Positions 27,708 to 39,900 of a stretch of DNA of 64,000 nt are shown in pieces. The notes below the pieces were generated by a model. It saw only the letters and a program-made list of their open reading frames with translations, was not told the DNA's origin and did no database searches. The translations under genes and the position numbers were made by a program. Source of the stretch: Balanoglossus misakiensis (lineage: Eukaryota; Animalia; Hemichordata); assembly GCA_040954595.2 (NCBI GenBank), contig CM082582.2, positions 1,968,303 through 2,032,302 of the forward strand, read 5' to 3'. The first letter of the stretch is position 1, and each line of letters opens with the position of its first letter.

Positions 27708-29856
27708 ATCTGTTAATGGCGGGATGTCTTCTCACACTGGGCTCTACGAAGATTCAAACTGCTGACAGAAGGATACAACTGTTAATGGTGGGATTTCTTC
27801 TCACACTGGGCTCAAAGAACAGGCAAAACGCTGACAGAAGGAAACATCTGTTAATGGTGGGATGTCTTCTCACACTGGGCTCTACGAAGATTCAAACCGC
27901 TGACAGAAGGATACAACTGTTAATGGTGGGATTTCTTCTCACACTGGGCTCAAAGAACAGTCAAAACGCTGACAGAAGGAAACATCTGTTAATGGCGGGA
28001 TGTCTTCTCACACTGGGCTCTACGAAGATTCAAACCGCTGACAGAAGGATACAACTGTTAATGGTGGGATTTCTTCTCACACTGGGCTCTACGAAGATTC
28101 AAAACGCTGACAGAAGGATGCAACTGTTAATGGAGGGATGTCTTCTCACACCGGGCTCAAAGAACATTCAAAACGCTGACAGAAGGAAACAGCTGTTAAT
28201 GGCGGGATGTCTTCTCACACTGGGCTCTACGAAGATTCAAAACGCTGACAGAAGGAAACATCTGTTAATGGCGGGATGTCTTCTCACACTGGGCTCAAAG
28301 AACATTCAAAACGCTGACAGAAGGAAACATCTGTTAATGGCGGGATGTCTTCTCACACTGGGCTCTACAAAGATTGAAACCGATGACAGAAGGAAATGGC
28401 TGTTAATGGCGGGATTTCTTCTCACACTGGGCTCTACGAACATTCAAAACGCTGACAGAAGGAAACGGCTGTTAATGGCGGGATGTCTTCTCACACTGGG
28501 CTCAAAGAACATTCAAAACGCTGACAGAACGAAACATCTGTTAATGGCGGGATGTCTTCTCACACTGGGCTCTACGAAGATTCAAACCGCTGACAGAAGG
28601 AAACATCTGTTAATGGTGGGATGTCTTCTCACTCTGGGCTCTACGAAGATTCAAACCGCTGACAGAAGGAAACATCTGTTAATGGCGGGATTTCTTCTCA
28701 CACTGGGCTCTACGAACATTCAAAACGCTGACAGAAGGAAACATCTGTTAATGGCGGGATTTCTTCTCACACTGGGCTCTACGAAGATTCAAACCGCTGA
28801 CAGAAGGAAACATCTGTTAATGGTGAGATGTCTTCTCACACTAGGCTCTACGAACATTCAAAACGCTGACAGAAGGAAACATCTGTTAATGGCGGGATGT
28901 CTTCTCACACTGGGCTCTACGAAGATTCAAAACGCTGACAGAAGGAAATGGCTGTTAATGGCGGGATGTCTTCTCACACTGGGCTCAAAGAACATTCAAA
29001 ACGCTGACAGAACGAAACAACTGTTAATGGCGGGATGTCTTCTCACACCGGGCTCTACGAAGATTCAAACCGCTGACAGAAGGAAACATCTGTTAATGGC
29101 GGGATTTCTTCTCACACTGGGCTCTACGAACATTCAAAACGCTGACAGAAGGAAATGGGTGTTAATGGCGGGATTTCTTCTCACACTGGGCTCTACGAAG
29201 ATTCAAACCGCTGACAGAAGGAAACGGCTGTTAATGGCGGGATGTCTTCTCACACTTGGCTCTACGAAGATTCAAACCGCTGACAGAAGGAAACGGCTGT
29301 TAATGGCGTGATGTCTTCTCACACTTGGCTCTACGAACATTCAAAACGCTGACAGAAGGAAACATCTGTTAATGGCGGGATGTCTTCTCACACTGGGCTC
29401 TACGAACATTCAAAACGCTGACAGAGGGAAACGGCTGTTAATGGTGGGATGTCTTCTCACACCGGGCTCTACGAACATTCAACATGCTGACAGAGGGAAA
29501 CGGCTTTTAATGGTGGGATGTCTTCTCACACTGGGCTCTACGAACATTCAAAACGCTGACAGAGGGAAACGGCTGTTAATGGTGGGATGTCTTCTCACAC
29601 TGGGCTCTACAAACATTCAAAACGCTGACAGAGGGAAACATCTGTTAATGGTGGGATGTCTTCTCACACTGGGCTCTACCAACATTCAAAACGCTGACAG
29701 AGGGAAACGGTTGTTAATGGCGGGATGTCTTCTCACACCGGGCTCTACGAAGATTCAAAACGCTGACAGAGGGAAACATCTGTTAATGGTGGGATGTCTT
29801 CTCACACTGGGCTCAAAGAACATTCAAAACGCTGACAGAAGGAAACATCTGTTAAT
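27708..29856. repeat. 69-bp satellite between the two LINE copies
   Basis: 2149 bp equals exactly 31 x 69 plus the 10-bp TSD. Confidence 0.97.
29847..29856 (+). other. Left TSD (ATCTGTTAAT) of LINE copy 2; right copy at 33922-33931
   Basis: Identical 10-mer on both sides, at the same monomer position as for copy 1. Confidence 0.93.
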
Positions 29857-30354
29857 CTGCAAGAGATTGTTCGCCTGAGCACGGCGAAAGCAGAAATGGA
29901 GGACCGATCAAAGCGAAACAACATTGTTCTCCGCGGAGTGGAAGAAGACGGAAACGAGTCGTGGGAGGACACCGAACAGAAGGTAAAGGCCATACTATCA
30001 GAGAAAATGAACATAACAGAGAGTATCGAGTTCGAAAGAGTACACAGAATGAAAGGTAGACCCGGCAGCAACAGACCGATAGTGGCAATGTGCAGCACAT
30101 TTAAAGACAGAGAAAAGATCTTGTCCAAGAAGAAAGAGCTCCGCGGCACGGACATTTTTGTTGATGAACACTACTCAAGCGAGACGAGTTTCATCAGGAA
30201 GAAACTATTCGGTAAGCGTAAAGAACTTAACAGTAAAAACATAAAGGCCTTTGTAAACTACAAGACACTTGTGGCCTATGAGAACGGAACCAAGAGACTG
30301 TACAGCTATGATGAAAAGACTGACACGGTAATTACAAATGATCGCCCGAGATAG
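29857..30354 (+). pseudogene. LINE ORF1, 5'-truncated, copy 2
   Basis: Translation identical to copy 1 in the ORF track; TAG at 30352-30354. Confidence 0.85.
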
Positions 30355-33300
30355 GGCGGTGGCCAAGGCCCAGTAGGACACTTTGAAAATAAAAATCTTT
30401 GCTTGCTTTCATGGAACGTACAAGGTTTATCCCGTAAATTGCATGATAACTCCATTGTTGAATATTTCAACCAATTTGATATAGTCTGTACCGTAGAAAC
30501 CTGGTTTCAAAAGAAATTATTGTCAGACAAAGTTTTACAGGGTTATAAATCATACCATTCTTGCAGAGAAAAAATGTCCCGTACCGGCAGATGCGCAGGT
30601 GGTGTTTCCGTCTTTGTTAAAAATTGGTGTTTGACAGGTATTTCTAGACTGACCAGATTCAATTTTTCTTATGCTAAATGGTAACAAGTTTGGCTTCTCA
30701 AAAAATGTTATTTTGGGATGTCTGTACATCCCACCAGATGGTTCCAAGAGCTACAATTTTGAAAAAAATGGGATCGAAATGCTGGGAAATCAGATTTCAG
30801 ATCTGCAAGTAAACTATCCCGATAGTCATCTGTTTCTAATGGGCGATTTCAACGCAAGAACGGCACAAGATTATGATTATATTATCAATGATTCTATTCA
30901 ACATGTACCTGTAGCATTTGATAATTATGAGGTTGATGAATTTGATATAGAACGTAAATCGAAAGATGGTGTGAGTAATACTTTTGGAAGAAGATTATTA
31001 GAATTGTGCAGGGATCACTCCATTCATTTTTTGAATGGAAGATGTGGGAGGGATCTGGCTGGTAATTTTACTTGTATTGCTAACAGGGGGACCAGTGTAG
31101 TGGATTATATGATTGTGTCCAGTGATTTATTTAAACATGTTTCAGATTTTAATGTTGAAGATAGGAGTGACTCTGATCACTTCCCTTTGTCGTGTACCAT
31201 GAATATTGAATTGTCATGTCTTCCTGAAAATACACAAAGAGTCCAAGGCTCAGATTTTCACGACTATACATTTTTTAAGTGGGATAATGAGAAAAGGGGT
31301 AAATTTAATGAAAAGGTCACCTCAACGGAGGGTCAACAACGTATCAGTTGTATTCTTGATTCCGGGAGGGATGATATAAATGAGTTGACTTCAAAAGTGT
31401 ATGCTTTATTGACATGGGCTGCAGCAGGCTTCCATAAGTTTACTGTCAAGACTAGGAATGTTACAAAGAGAGTATTGCAGCCAAAATGGTTCAACAAAGA
31501 TTGTGAAATAGGTAAAATGAATATGTACAAAGCCCTCCGTTATTTCAGAGATTTAAATGACCAGGAGAGTTTAAAAAATTATAAGGATCGCAAGGAAACG
31601 TTTAAATCTCTGTGTAGAATCAACAAAGAAAATTTTTATTCTTCATTCTGTAACAATGGGGAGAACATTTGGAAACGAGTTAAATATTTTAAGGGGGGCC
31701 AAAAACCCCTCTCCAATATCTCAGCTGCTGACTGGATGGAGCACTTTGATAAATTGCACAACCCTGTTTACCAGAAAACCAATTTTGATATCAGTGTGGA
31801 AAATTTTCTTGAAACCATTGAATTCTCTCACGAAGATGAAACCCCCAATGAGGACATTCTCAACCATCCTATTAGCAACGATGAGATATTGTATGCTTTG
31901 GATATGCTTAAAACTGGTAAATCACCTGGTCCTGATGGCTTACCAAATGAATTTTACAGAGATGCTAAAAATAGTCTTATGCCTGTATTACACTTTATGT
32001 TTAATGCCATTTTTGATGCTGGTGTATTTCCAAGAGACTGGAGTATGGGTATCATAGTTCCGCTACATAAGAAGGGTAGTTTTCATGACCCAAATAATTT
32101 CCGAGGCATAACGCTTCTGGACTCGATTGGTAAAATTGTTACTTTTATCTTGAACCAGAGATTGACTAAATGGGCAGAGATGATCGGTTGCATTACTGAG
32201 TGTCAGACTGGCTTCAGACGTGGTTATAGCACCATTGATAACATCTTTACGTTACATGTCATGGTTCAAAAGTATCTTTGTAGATCAAGGGGACGCTTTT
32301 ATTGTGCATTTATAGATTTCAGTAAGGCTTTCGACACTGTAAATCACAATTTGTTGCTGTACAGACTGTCCACTGAGGGTGTACAGGGTAAAATGTTTAA
32401 TATTCTTAAGTCAATGTACCATGGGCTTAAATCCTGTGTAAAATCCCAACAAGGGAGAACTAACTATTTTCAGTGTTCTGTTGGCGTGCGTCAGGGATGC
32501 ATGTTGAGTCCCTTTTTGTTTTCACTTTTTATAAATGAATTAAATACCATGTTAGAAAATTCGGACCAGGGAGGTATACAACTGACACAAGATTTGTACG
32601 ATTTATTTTCACTTTTGTATGCTGACGATGTAACAATATTTAGTGACACCCCAGGACGATTACAAAATCTGCTTCGAGTTTTAGAGTCTTTCTGTGCTAA
32701 GTGGAAAATGAATGTAAATCTTAACAAATCACATGTCATTGTTTTTAGGCGAGGGGGCATTCTGAAAAAGAGTGAAAAATGGGTTTTTAATGGACAAAAA
32801 GTGAAAACTGTAAGTTATTACAAATACCTTTGGCTTATGATATCTAGTCGTAATGTTTGGAGTAAAGCTGTACTTACCTTAGCAGATCAAGCTAGGAAAG
32901 CTATGGGTTGTATTCTCTGTATGATTAGAAATACTTGTCCTTTGACTTTTCAAGAATACTTTAAGCTTTTTGATACCATGGTATTACCAATTTTGACATA
33001 TGGGGCTGAAATTTGGGGTTACCGCATGTATAGTGTAGTTGAACGAGTCCACCTTAAATACTGTAAAGCTTTCATGGGAATCAAATCTACTACCCCGGAT
33101 GTCTTTGTTTTAGGGGAATGTGGTAGATTCCCAATTTTCATACATAGTTTTAAAAAGGTTTTATCATATTGGTATAAACTTCTAAATATGCCCCAAAACA
33201 GAATTGCTAAGCATGCATATCAGCTAGCTATATCACTCGATGAAAATAACAAAGAATCCTGGGCTACCCATGTTAAACATTTACTTTGTGAGCATGGTTT

Positions 33301-33817
33301 TGGGGAAGTCTGGTTTTGGCAAGGTCCGGGAGATTTCAATGTCTTCCTCCAACATTTTACACAAAGAGCTATGGATATTTTTAAACAAAACTGGCATGCA
33401 GAAGTGTGTAGTAAAGACAAACTCCGTGTGTATTGTAATTTTAAATTTTTATTCCACACAGAAGATTATTTAACATCGAACATGTTCTTCAGGTTCAAGA
33501 GAGCACTTGCCTGTCTCAGAAGCTCTGGGCTAGATCTAGAAATTGAAAAAGGTAGAGCCCAGGGCGTTGCTCTCGAAGATAGAATATGTCAAATTTGTGA
33601 CTCACATGAAATAGAGAACGAATTCCATTTCATTTGTATTTGCCCTTTATATCACAATTTAAGACTCCAACATTTACCACAGTGGTCTTATTCACAGCCA
33701 ACGATTGAAAAGTTTTATGCACTAATGTCTTCCTCCAATAATACTGTCATTTTCAAGCTGGCACTATTTGTATATAAGGCGTATAAATTGAGAGAAGAAA
33801 TCTTTATAAACATGTAA
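30355..33817 (+). pseudogene. LINE ORF2 copy 2; same APE frameshift (~30652-30671), intact YADD, YLG->YLW
   Basis: Same domains as copy 1; LYADD with GAT at 32627-32629; YKYLW with TGG at 32831-32833. Confidence 0.93.
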
Positions 33818-33874
33818 AGTACTCACTCTCATGATGTATATATTTTTTGTATTTATAATCTAATGTTGCAATAT

Positions 33875-33921
33875 GGGCCGGAGGCCTTTAAGAGCAATAA
33901 ATATATATATATATATATAAA
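33875..33921 (+). promoter_or_regulatory. LINE 3' stem-loop, AATAAA (33896-33901) and (TA)9AA tail, copy 2
   Basis: As in copy 1, with one fewer TA unit. Confidence 0.6.
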
Positions 33922-36900
33922 ATCTGTTAATGGCGGGATGTCTTCTCACACTGGGCTCTACGAAGATTCAAACTGCTGACAGAAGGATACAACTGTTAAT
34001 GGTGGGATTTCTTCTCACACTGGGCTCAAAGAACAGGCAAAACGCTGACAGAAGGCAACATCTGTTAATGGCGGGATGTCTTCTCACACTGGGCTCTACG
34101 TAGATTCAAACCGCTGACAGAAGGATACAACTGTTAATGGTGATATTTCTTCTCACACTGGGCTCAAAGAACAGTCAAAACGCTGACAGAAGGAAACATC
34201 TGTTAATGGCGGGATGTCTTCTCACACTGGGCTCTACGAAGATTCAAACCGCTGACAGAAGGATACAACTGTTAATGGTGGGATTTCTTCTCACACTGGG
34301 CTCTACGAAGATTCAAAACGCTGACAGAAGGATGCAACTGTTAATGGCGGGATGTCTTCTCACACCGGGCTCAAAGAACATTCAAAACGCTGACAGAAGG
34401 AAACAGCTGTTAATGGCGGGATGTCTTCTCACACTGGGCTCTACGAAGATTCAAAACGCTGACAGAAGGAAACATCTGTTAATGGCGGGATGTCTTCTCA
34501 CACTGGGCTCAAAGAACATTCAAAACGCTGACAGAAGGAAACATCTGTTAATGGCGGGATGTCTTCTCACACTGGGCTCTACAAAGATTGAAACCGATGA
34601 CAGAAGGAAATGGCTGTTAATGGCGGGATTTCTTCTCACACTGGGCTCTACGAAGATTCAAAACGCTGACAGAAGGAAACGGCTGTTAATGGCGGGATGT
34701 CTTCTCACACTGGGCTCAAAGAACATTCAAAACGCTGACAGAAGGAAACATCTGTTAATGGTGAGATGTCTTCTCACACTAGGCTCTACGAACATTCAAA
34801 ACGCTGACAGAAGGAAACATCTGTTAATGGCGGGATGTCTTCTCACACTGGGCTCTACGAAGATTCAAAACGCTGACAGAAGGAAACGGCTGTTAATGGC
34901 GGGATGTCTTCTCACACTGGGCTCAAAGAACATTCAAAACGCTGACAGAACGAAACAACTGTTAATGGCGGGATGTCTTCTCACACTGGGCTCTACGTAG
35001 ATTCAAACCGCTGACAGAAGGAAACATCTGTTAATGGCGGGATGTCTTCTCACACTGGGCTCTACGAACATTCAAAACGCTGACAGAGGGAAACAGCTGT
35101 TAATGGCGGGATGTCTTCTCACACTGGGCTCTACCAACATTCAAAACGCTGACAGAGGGAAACGGTTGTTAATGGCGGGATGTCTTCTCACACCGGGCTC
35201 TACGAAGATTCAAAACGCTGACAGAGGGAAACATCTGTTAATGGTGGGATGTCTTCTCACACTGGGCTCTACGAACATTCAAAACGCTGACAGAGGGAAA
35301 CGGTTGTTAATGGCGGGATGTCTTCTCACACCGGGCTCTACGAAGATTCAAAACGCTGACAGAGGGAAACATCTGTTAATGTTGGGATGTCTTCTCACAC
35401 TGGGCTCTACGAACATTCAAAACGCTGACAGAAGGAAACATCTGTTAATGGCGGGATGTCTTCTCACACCGGGCTCTACGAACATTCAAAACACTGACAG
35501 AGGGAAACGGCTGTTAATGGTGGGATGTCTTCTCACACTGGGCTCAAAGAACATTCAAAACGCTGACAGAAGGATACAACTGTTAATGGCGGGATGTCTT
35601 CTCACACCGGGCTCAAAGAACATTCAAAACGCTGACAGAAGGAAACAGCTGTTAATGGCGGGATGTCTTCTCACACTGGGCTCTACGAAGATTGAAACCG
35701 CTGACAGAAGGAAATGGCTGTTAATGGCAGGATTTCTTCTCACACTGGGCTCAAAGAACATTCAAAACGCTGACAGAAGGAAACATCTGTTAATGGCGGG
35801 ATGTCTTCTCACACTGGGCTCTACGAAGATTGAAACCGATGACAGAAGGAAATGGCTGTTAATGGCGGGATTTCTTCTCACACTGGGCTCTATGAAGATT
35901 CAAAACGCTGACAGAAGGAAACGGCTGTTAATGGTGGGATGTCTTCTCACACTGGGCTCTACGAACATTCAAAACGCTGACAGAGGGAAACGGATGTTAA
36001 TGGTGTGATGTCTTCTCACACTGGGCTCTACGAACATTCAAAACGCTGACAGAAGGAAATGGCTGTTAATGGCGGGATGTCTTCTCACACTGGGCTCAAA
36101 GAACATTCAAAACGCTGACAGAACGAAACATCTGTTAATGGCGGGATGTCTTCTCACACTGGGCTCTACGAAGATTCAAACCACTGACAGAAGGAAACAT
36201 CTGTTAATGGCGGGATTTCTTCTCACACTGGGCTCTACGAACATTCAAAATGCTGACAGAAGGAAATGGCTGTTAATGGCGGGATTTCTTCTCACACTGG
36301 GCTCTACGAACATTCAAAACGCTGACAGAAGGAAACGGCTGTTAATGGCGGGATGTCTTCTCACACTGGGCTCAAAGAACATTCAAAACGCTGACAGAAC
36401 GAAACATCTGTTAATGGCGGGATGTCTTCTCACACTGGGCTCTACGAAGATTCAAAACGCTGACAGAAGGAAATGGCTGTTAATGGCGGGATTTCTTCTC
36501 ACACTGGGCTCTACGAAGATTCAAACCGCTGACAGAAGGAAACGGCTGTTAATGGCGGGATGTCTTCTCACACTTGGCTCTACGAAGATTCAAACCGCTG
36601 ACAGAAGGAAACGGCTGTTATAAGCGGGATGTCTTCTCACACTTGGCTCTACGAACATTCAAAACGCTGACAGAAGGAAACATCTGTTAATGGCGGGATG
36701 TCTTCTCACACTTGGCTCTACGAACATTCAAAACGCTGACAGAAGGAAACATCTGTTAATGGCGGGATGTCTTCTCACACTGGGCTCTACGAACATTCAA
36801 AACGCTGACAGAGGGAAACGGCTGTTAATGGTGGGATGTCTTCTCACACCGGGCTCTACGAACATTCAAAACGCTGACAGAGGGAAACGGCTGTTAATGG

Positions 36901-39900
36901 TGGGATGTCTTCTCACACTGGGCTCTACGAACATTCAAAACGCTGACAGAGGGAAACATATGTTAATGGTTGGATGTCTTCTCACACTGGGCTCTACGAA
37001 CATTCAAAACGCTGACAGAGGGAAACGGGTGTTAATGGCGGGATGTCTTCTCACACCGGGCTCTACGAAGATTCAAAACGCTGACAGAACGAAACATCTG
37101 TTAATGGCGGGATGTCTTCTCACACTGGGCTCTACGAACATTCAAAACGCTGACAGAGGGAAACGGTTGTTAATGGCGGGATTTCTTCTCACACCGGGCT
37201 CTACGAAGATTCAAAACGCTGACAGAGGGAAACATCTGTTAATGGTGGGATGTCTTCTCACACTGGGCTCTACGAACATTCAAAACGCTGACAGAAGGAA
37301 ACATCTGTTAATGGCGGGATGTCTTCTCACACCGGGCTCTACGAACATTCAAAACGCTGACAGAGGGAAACGGCTGTTAATGGTGGGATGTCTTCTCACA
37401 CTGGGCTCTACGAAGATTCAAAACGCTGACAGAGGGAAACGGCTGTTAATGGTGGGATGTCTTCTCACACCGGGCTCTCAGAAGATTCAAAACGCTGACA
37501 GAGGGAAACATCTGTTAATGGTTGGATGTCTTCTCACACTGGGCTCTGCGAACATTCAAAACGCTGACAGAGGGAAACGGCTGTTAATGGTGGGATGTCT
37601 TCTCACACTGGGCTCTGCGAACATTCAAAACGCTGACAGAGGGAAACGGCTGTTAATGGTGGGATGTCTTCTCACACCGGGCTCTACGAAGATTCAAAAC
37701 GCTGACAGAGGGAAACATCTGTTAATGGTGGGATGTCTTCTCACACTGGGCTCTACGAACATTCAAAACGCTGACAGAGGGAAACGGTTGTTAATGGTGG
37801 GATGTCTTCTCACACCGGGCTCTCCGAAGATTCAAAACGCTGACAGAGGGAAACATCTGTTAATGGTTGGATGTCTTCTCACACTGGGCTCTGCGAACAT
37901 TCAAAACGCTGACAGAGGGAAACGGCTGTTAATGGTGGGATGTCTTCTCACACTGGGCTCTGCGAACATTCAAAACGCTGACAGAGGGAAACGGCTGTTA
38001 ATGGTGGGATGTCTTCTCACACCGGGCTCTACGAAGATTCAAAACGCTGACAGAGGGAAACATCTGTTAATGGTGGGATGTCTTCTCACACTGGGCTCTA
38101 CGAACATTCAAAACGCTGACAGAGGGAAACGGTTGTTAATGGCGGGATGTCTTCTCACACCGGGCTCTACGAAGATTCAAACCACTGACAGAACGAAACA
38201 TCTGTTAATGGCGGGATGTCTTCTCACACTGGGCTCTACGAACATTCAAAACGCTGACAGAGGGAAACGGTTGTTAATGGCGGGATTTCTTCTCACACCA
38301 GGCTCTACGAAGATTCAAAACGCTGACAGAGGGAAACATCTGTTAATGGTGGGATGTCTTCTCACACTGGGCTCTACGAACATTCAAAACGCTGACAGAA
38401 GGAAACATCTGTTAATGGCGGGATGTCTTCTCACACCGGGCTCTACGAACATTCAAAACGCTGACAGAGGGAAACGGCTGTTAATGGTGGGATGTCTTCT
38501 CACACTGGGCTCTACGAAGATTCAAAACGCTGACAGAGGGAAACGGCTGTTAATGGTGGGATGTCTTCTCACACCGGGCTCTCAGAAGATTCAAAACGCT
38601 GACAGAGGGAAACATCTGTTAATGGTTGGATGTTTTCTCACACTGGGCTCTGCGAACATTCAAAACGCTGACAGAGGGAAACGGCTGTTAATGGTGGGAT
38701 GTCTTCTCACACTGGGCTCTGCGAACATTAAAAACGCTGACAGAGGGAAACGGCTGTTAATGGTGGGATGTCTTCTCACACCGGGCTCTACGAAGATTCA
38801 AAACGCTGACAGAGGGAAACATCTGTTAATGGTGGGATGTCTTCTCACACTGGGCTCTACGAACATTCAAAACGCTGACAGAGGGAAACGGTTGTTAATG
38901 GTGGGATGTCTTCTCACACCGGGCTCTCCGAAGATTCAAAACGCTGACAGAGGGAAACATCTGTTAATGGTTGGATGTCTTCTCACACTGGGCTCTGCGA
39001 ACATTCAAAACGCTGACAGAGGGAAACGGCTGTTAATGGTGGGATGTCTTCTCACACTGGGCTCTGCGAACATTCAAAACGCTGACAGAGGGAAACGGCT
39101 GTTAATGGTGGGATGTCTTCTCACACCGGGCTCTACGAAGATTCAAAACGCTGACAGAGGGAAACATCTGTTAATGGTGGGATGTCTTCTCACACTGGGC
39201 TCTACGAACATTCAAAACGCTGACAGAGGGAAACGGTTGTTAATGGCGGGATGTCTTCTCACACCAGGCTCTACGAAGATTCAAACCACTGACAGAAGGA
39301 AATATCTGTTAATGGCGGGATTTCTTCTCACACTGGGCTCTACGAACATTCAAAACGCTGACAGAAGGAAATGGCTGTAAATGGCGGGATTTCTTCTCAC
39401 ACTGGGCTCTACGAACATTCAAAACGCTGACAGAAGGAAACGGCTGTTAATGGCGGGATGTCTTCTCACACTGGGCTCAAAGAACATTCAAAACGCTGAC
39501 AGAACGAAACATCTGTTAATGGTTGGATGTCTTCTCACACTGGGCTCTGCGAACATTCAAAACGCTGACAGAGGGAAACGGCTGTTAATGGTGGGATGTC
39601 TTCTCACACTGGGCTCTGCGAACATTCAAAACGCTGACAGAGGGAAACGGCTGTTAATGGTGGGATGTCTTCTCACACCGGGCTCTACGAAGATTCAAAA
39701 CGCTGACAGAGGGAAACATCTGTTAATGGTGGGATGTCTTCTCACACTGGGCTCTACGAACATTCAAAACGCTGACAGAGGGAAACGGTTGTTAATGGTG
39801 GGATGTCTTCTCACACCGGGCTCTCCGAAGATTCAAAACGCTGACAGAGGGAAACATCTGTTAATGGTTGGATGTCTTCTCACACTGGGCTCTGCGAACA

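Larger units (their letters stand above)
29857..33921 (+). mobile_element. Non-LTR retrotransposon copy 2, 5'-truncated, 4065 bp
   Basis: Collinear with copy 1 at offset +6216, with the same 5' truncation point (CTGCAAGAGA) and a (TA)9 tail. At least 8 substitutions versus copy 1 seen by eye. Confidence 0.96.

Noticed and set aside
23586-33473. Small antisense or alternative-frame ORFs inside the LINEs (65-133 aa)
   Set aside because: Shadow ORFs of ORF1/ORF2 with no recognisable motifs; they are repeated only because the element is duplicated.
23641-33921. Two independent site-specific retrotransposition events
   Set aside because: Identical truncation point, frameshift and rare flanking monomer variants indicate DNA-level duplication of a single insertion.
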